Of a DNA stretch of 64,000 nt, positions 58,001 through 64,000 are shown piece after piece (the first letter of the stretch is position 1; each line of letters opens with the position of its first letter). The DNA lies in contig OZ037769.1 in the NCBI GenBank assembly GCA_964035545.1, positions 13,980,633-14,044,632 of the forward strand, written 5' to 3'. Under the pieces are notes generated by a model, which saw only the letters and a list, made by a program, of their open reading frames with translations, had not been told where the DNA came from and made no database searches. Both the position numbers and the translations under genes were made by a program. Source of the stretch: Bugula neritina (lineage: Eukaryota > Animalia > Bryozoa).

Positions 58001-61000
58001 AAATACTAATAGTAAGATATTAATTAGAGAAAATGATATTTGTTTGTTGTAGACATTTTACAATCCAGGTACTGCACCTCCAGGCTTGTCCACAGCATTT
58101 GTTAATCAATTCGATAAGCTACAGCCAGATCACAAAGTGGTAAAAGTTGACGATGTAGAAGAAGCCTTGTTAGATAAAGCTAAAAACAACTTGAAGGTAA
58201 TATTTTAACATTCAAATATGTGTACTTCTTTTACGAACATAAGGCAAAATTATATTATTTCATGTACAAAACTCCTTTAACAATATTGATGCTAAATTGT
58301 CATGAAAGTATTGAGAAATTCAACTAATGTATAATGTATCTAGTATTTATGTTATTTTATCTTATTTTATGCATGTAAATAAAGCAGATTGCAATGTAGT
58401 GTAAAATAGGATGATATTTCATGTTACTCTAGTGTATTACCATTTGTTAGCTGAGCCCAATATAGCACACCGCTATGCAATTGGCAACTGGAACTCGACA
58501 TAAAACTCGTGGCAAAACTCGAACTATGAAACTCGCTATATATTCCTTGTATGAGGCTTACCAAGCTATAAAAGTTTATTTAGTATAAACTTGTTTGTGT
58601 GTTACAGGAATTCAACTACAACACAATTTTAGCAGTTGAGTTTAACCAGTTAAATGAGTCAATCAGAGTGTTGCACAACATAGCTGGTTATCACGTGGCA
58701 CCAGTAGCTTTACTCTATGCTGATCAAGCCCTGCTCCACTACTTTGTGAATGACTCATACTCATTCAGTGCTGCCAATAATCCGCTGCCTCAGACCGAGA
58801 ATGCCAAATCTGCCATTGAGGCAGAAAACGCCATGGCTTCTGACTTTTCTGACTCTTTTACCATCTCCTTCAACTTGTTGTTTGGTCTGGCATTTCTATC
58901 AACCAGTTTTGTGGTGTTTCTGATTACCGAGAGAGCCCAGTTAGTATTTCTATTTTATGTTTTGATATTCACAAAGACTTTAGAAAAATGTCTGTAATTC
59001 TTAAATCATAGTATAATGATTATCATAATTATAATATTTTAATTATGATACTTCACGATAATAATACTGCAGAAAAGTGATGAGCTAAGTTTTGAAGCCT
59101 ATTTTATAGCAAAACTATTTTTTATAAATACATAATGTCACTTTAGGTCAAAGTAATCTTCAAAAATTGAATGAGACAAAATCTAATGCAACTAAATTAA
59201 AAGTGTTATGGTTTCAATATTTTAGGAAGGTGAAGCATAGCCAGATGGTGAGTGGAGTGAAATGGTACAATTTCTGGCTGTCCACATTCACCTGGGATTT
59301 TATCAACTTCATGATACCCTGTCTTATCGTAGTCATAATGTTTGCTATAGCTGATATCAAGAACTATACTGGTAAAAAATTTTTTAAATAATGTTTCTTT
59401 GAAGTTATTTACACCAAAGCCGTATATGTTTTGATAATTTAAAGTTGCATTACCTTTGCTAATGGCTATAGCTGTAACAATTGATTTGCTAATTGCTAAT
59501 TTAGGTATAATTTTTATACATTTTTTATTTAGTATTTTTGTATTTTAATTTTTATTTCATCTTCAATGAATTATTTATAGCTATTTGCTTCGAACTAAAA
59601 CAAAAATAATTATTAAAAGTGTTTTGGAAAATTTATTTGCAGACATTAAAGATGGCAATGCCCAGCCCGCTTACATCATTGGTTTACTGATTCTTCACGC
59701 AGCTGCCATACTTCCCACCATGTACACCTTGCAGTTTGCCTTCAGTGGAGCAGCTACTGGTTACGTTGTAATCGTTTTCTACAACCAACTCACTGGTACG
59801 AAAGCAATTATTTCTGTATAATGTATGTAAGTTATATATATGTGGTGATTATATTATGGAGCAGCTGTGGCCTAGAGATTAGACCGTTAGAGTTTTGGCT
59901 TATTAAACCCATGGCAATGGGTTTAATCTTTAGTGGAGACTATTGGTGGTGTCAATTGCTCCTGTGCCACATATAAACATGTCCCTAGCCGCTTTAAAAA
60001 ACTTTTTTCTAATATGGTTTCTCCCAGGGATGGTGATTATAAATTTGCCCAAGTTTTGTATGATGGCTATTTTGCGATGTGAAGCAATTCTGGTGAAGTG
60101 AAAACCTGAGAATTCCATCAAAAGACATGAGCTAATTGTATTTTTTTTTCTGGATTTTAATAATTTATTATATGTTTTTATTGTATTCTACTTTTATTTG
60201 TTTTCACAGGTATCTTTCCCTCACTCATTGTTGACATTCTTGGAGCTATTGAAGAAACAAAAGACATAGGTAAATACTTAGACTGGATCTTCTTAGTACT
60301 CTTTCCAAACTACAACTTGTCTAAAGGACTGGCTAAACTTTACAATAATTATGACTTCCTCGATCTATGCTTCAACACCAAACCTAAAGATGTTTATGGA
60401 AGAGATCCAGGAAAAGATTCTCTGCTGGAAATCTGTGATCTGTTTGGTGACGATCTAGAAGATGCCTGTTGCAAAGGTAAACCTATGAACCTTAAAATTA
60501 AATAATAGTGTATCCAGTTTATGTTCTAATACAAGTATCAACATTGTATATCATTCATTTTGTTTTATGCCGTAGGTTGCAATGCATTAATGCATAAAAA
60601 ACCTCATAACCTAAACTAATGTAATATCATTGTTCAAGTAACTGTAAAATATCAACGATATGTTCTACAAGTAAAACCTTTGAATTAAATTGCTACTGAT
60701 ATGATTAATATTACTGATTGCTAAAATCTAGTTTTTTAGGTATTTTTCACATCAACTCAAAATATTACAAAAAGGCACATGAGTTAAAGTTCGATAATTT
60801 ATTTATTATAGACACGTGTGGAGATAACTGCATAAACTATCAAGAAAACTATTTTGCATGGGCAGATGCAGGAGTTGGAAAATATGCTGTATTTCTCGTT
60901 ATTCAGTGTATTTTCTGCTGGCTAATAATAGTTCTGATAGAAACAGAAATTTTAGTGAAGCTGATTTACAAAATAAGACCAAAGGTTGTGATTTCTTCTG

Positions 61001-63436
61001 AACAGTAAGTCAATCCGATTACGAGAGAATTTGATTCACACTAAAATTATATTTCTTAATACTAAAGTCTACAAAAATTTATTCACATGTTTTGTCACTA
61101 GTTAAATATTATAAACTTGTAATATATTTTGTGGTAGAAGTTGTATTTGCTATTGAAAGAAAGGGAAATAATTTTTACAGGAGTAATCTCACCCTTGATA
61201 GAGATGTGGCAGATGAGAAGAAAAAAATCCTGAGTGAGACTCCAGAGCAAGCTGCACAGAACAATCAAGTTCTCATTTCCGGACTAACTAAATACTTTGG
61301 TGACCACAAAGCTGTAGAGGATATTTATATAAGTATCCCTAAAGGCGAATGTTTTGGATTGTTAGGTAAGCGTGAAACCTTAAAAGGTTTTTATAAAAAA
61401 TAAAATTAGTAGCTTTTAAAGCTACTTGGAAATGAAGTGGTTTGCAATATTATAAAGCTATGAAGTTATGTTGTAAAAGTGTTTTTATTACCCCTTCATC
61501 AATTTTAGTCAAACCGAGTACGTTGACTAGAACATTTCTTGCGTAGCAAAACCAACTCTTGAAAGTACTTCGGTTAGTCACATTTTTGTAGCAGCTGCAG
61601 CTGTTGCGAGAAAAAAAAAATTACATTAGATGTGAACTAAAATTAACTGCAAACAACGTTGCGAACCTTTTCATGATCTTTAAATAAAGAGCGCTGTTTA
61701 TGCTTGCACAGGTGTGAATGGTGCTGGAAAGACAACTACTTTCAGAATGCTGACAGGAGATGAGTCAATATCTGGAGGAACAGCGTACATGAACGGGAAG
61801 AACATCCGCACAGACATCCATTCGGTACAGAAGACCATCGGGTACTGTCCCCAGTTTGACGCTCTAATTGATCAGATGACTGGAGAGGAAATGCTGTACA
61901 TGTACGGGAGGCTGCGTGGTATTCCTGAGAAATCTATTGGTCCAATAGCTAACGAGCTCATCAACTCTCTTCTACTAACTAAACACAGCAAGAAGCTTAC
62001 TAAGGAATACAGGTACGTGTACTTCTGACACTCTATAAAGAAGTGATCTTTAAAGCTAAAATAGAATGAGAAAACTATTAAACCTACTTAATTAATAATT
62101 AAAATGTGTCATTATTTATTGGAAATGCTAATGTGTAATTTTGTTATTTTCATTGTAATATTTTCGGCCCCAAAATATTTAGACATCTAACTCTAGTTAC
62201 ATCATGTAGATCTTTTAAGTTCTAGTAATAAAAAGAGTTGCTTTAGTTTTTATTTGCAGAGACTTGAGCAAAATTGTAACAAATAATACAAAACCAGCAT
62301 TGCTGTTTCAACAGCTCAAAGTTATTTATCATAATTATTGCGTCAATTATTTTTAGTGGTGGAAACAAGAGAAAGCTAAGCACAGCCATTGCACTGATTG
62401 GTGACTCACCCATTATATTCCTGGACGAACCCACCACAGGATTGGACCCAGTAGCCAGGCGAATGCTTTGGAAGACTTTGAATAAAAACAGAGAAAGTGG
62501 CAAAACCTTGATACTCACATCTCATAGGTAACAGCTGTCTGTTTACTTACTAAACTATTGTGATTTGAAATATAAATCTAAACTAGATTATTGGCAAAAT
62601 ATTTACTAAAAAACTGTGCCAGCAGTAAAACTCTTGAAAATATTGCAGAGTGCAATTTTATGAGGTCAAAAACAATATTGAATTAAATATTTATGAGTTG
62701 TCTTCTCTTTGAGAAAAGAGAAACTGCAATAAATGAAATTTGAAATAACTAAAAACGAATTTATATTTAATATCATATTTATTGAGGCAAAACATTTGCT
62801 TTTTCTGCATCTTTATAAGCAAAGTGACTTTTTAAAAGCAGTTTCATAACTTTTTATGAACTTTAATATAGCATAACTGCGTAGATTAGAACGTCAATTT
62901 AGGGTATATTGCCATTATTTGCTTTGTTTAAACACAAATTTATTTATTGTCTGTTGTCTTCATATGAACAAATACAGTTTCAATCAATTTGATAAAGGTA
63001 ACAATAAAGAAGTGTCACCTTTAATACACCAATATTTAACTAATAGTATTAGTACTTCTATTTAGTCATATTACATAATTCATTAACATAACAACAATTT
63101 AAAATATAAACAAATTGATTTATTGGAGTATCGAAAGATTTTCTTTAAAACATTGTTTTAAAATTTTCATTTTGAATCTACCATTTCTGGCATTAAAACA
63201 GTATGGAAGAGTGTGAAGCCCTGTGCACCAGAATGGCTATCATGGTGAACGGCAAGTACAGATGTCTCGGCAGCACGCAGCACTTGAAGAGCAAGTTTGG
63301 AGCTGGTTACACACTAATAGCAAGAGTTAGCTACCCTGCGGATGGCTCTTTGCCAGATATTCAGCCAATACAAGACTTTGTTGCTCAAAACTTCCCAGAT
63401 TCTACACTGAAGGATGTTCACCAAAACTCTGTGCAG
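46035..63436 (+). CDS. ABCA-subfamily transporter (ABCA3-like), tandem copy 2 (last exon beyond the window)
   Basis: Exon-for-exon paralogue of copy 1 with the same Walker A/B, signature and H-loop motifs. No frameshift or premature stop noticed in the exons read. Confidence 0.95.
46720..46911 (-). mobile_element. tRNA-derived SINE copy
   Basis: Match to the family; not present in the equivalent intron of copy 1. Confidence 0.8.
47660..47853 (+). repeat. 33-bp minisatellite overlapping the exon 3 acceptor of ABCA copy 2
   Basis: CTGTTGACTTTGAGAGCCACGTATTACTTGAGA-type units ending in the true acceptor at 47833-47834. Confidence 0.9.
55249..55384 (+). repeat. Eight tandem copies of a 17-bp splice acceptor (TATTCTATTTTAACCAG)
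   Basis: Counted directly; one unit has an A>G change; the exon starts at 55385. Confidence 0.95.
56410..57075. repeat. Degenerate GTGTC-based satellite (AGGTGTCATGTGTC-like units)
   Basis: Directly visible; only in copy 2. Confidence 0.9.
59858..60055 (+). mobile_element. tRNA-derived SINE copy
   Basis: Match to the family with an internal deletion. Confidence 0.8.
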
Positions 63437-63512
63437 GTAAAGACAGCATGAGTTTTAAAATTTGAGAACTATTAAATAAATTTTAGTTCGTCAAACTTTT
63501 GATCTATAATTA

Positions 63513-63812
63513 GGGAGCAGCCATTGTCTAAGCCCTAAGGGTTAGAGAACTTGCTTAAACACAAAGTCACATGTTCGAACTTCATTGAAAGCTTTTTGGT
63601 GATTTTTAAAACTTAATAATATATAACAATACTTTTAAATGCAAACAAATTGCTTTATTGAACTATCTAGAGATATGCTTTAAAAAATTGTTTTAAAATT
63701 GAAATGGTGTTTGAATACCATTTCTATAAGGCATGCCTGATGGAAATGGTATTTCAAAACCGGCTAAGGGACCGGGCTCTTTCACAGGGGTAGTGACTAT
63801 AAACCTGCGTAA
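63513..63812 (+). mobile_element. SINE copy interrupted by an AT-rich, hairpin-containing segment
   Basis: Head at about 63513-63603 and tail (TTTCACAGGGGTAGTGACTATAAACCTGCGT) at about 63780-63810. Confidence 0.7.
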
Positions 63813-64000
63813 TTCTTTTATTGCCCCACAAATAAAATGCATCTTATACTAGCGCAATTAAATCAGCAATTAAAAATCTTTGTGCAATGTTACAAAAATA
63901 TAGTAAGCTTATAAATTGCCGAATTATAACAATGCCAAAACAAATACCTTTGAGCACAGAGAATAAATATGTTTCTTGAGATGAGCGTTGCAGTTTGCCA

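Overview
AT-rich, intron-dense eukaryotic (animal, probably invertebrate) genomic DNA. Gene models were read by eye from splice sites and reading frame. The left part holds three tandem minus-strand type-B carboxylesterase paralogues with identical intron positions and intact Ser-Glu-His triads. The two complete ones end in a stalk plus a transmembrane helix. A small minus-strand beta-propeller (NHL-like) gene follows. Then come two tandem plus-strand ABCA-subfamily (ABCA3-like) transporter genes: the first complete with about 28 coding exons, the second running off the window end. The most striking non-coding feature is in intron 25 of the first ABCA gene: a perfect 147-bp inverted repeat between two (TA)n tracts, each arm carrying a minimal type I hammerhead ribozyme of the kind found in Penelope-like elements. 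Other non-coding features are a 744-bp solo LTR just after the ABCA-1 stop codon, about 12 copies of a tRNA-derived SINE, short tRNA-like repeats, MITE-like hairpins, three minisatellites built from ABCA splice sites, and a candidate 15-nt microexon specific to ABCA copy 2.
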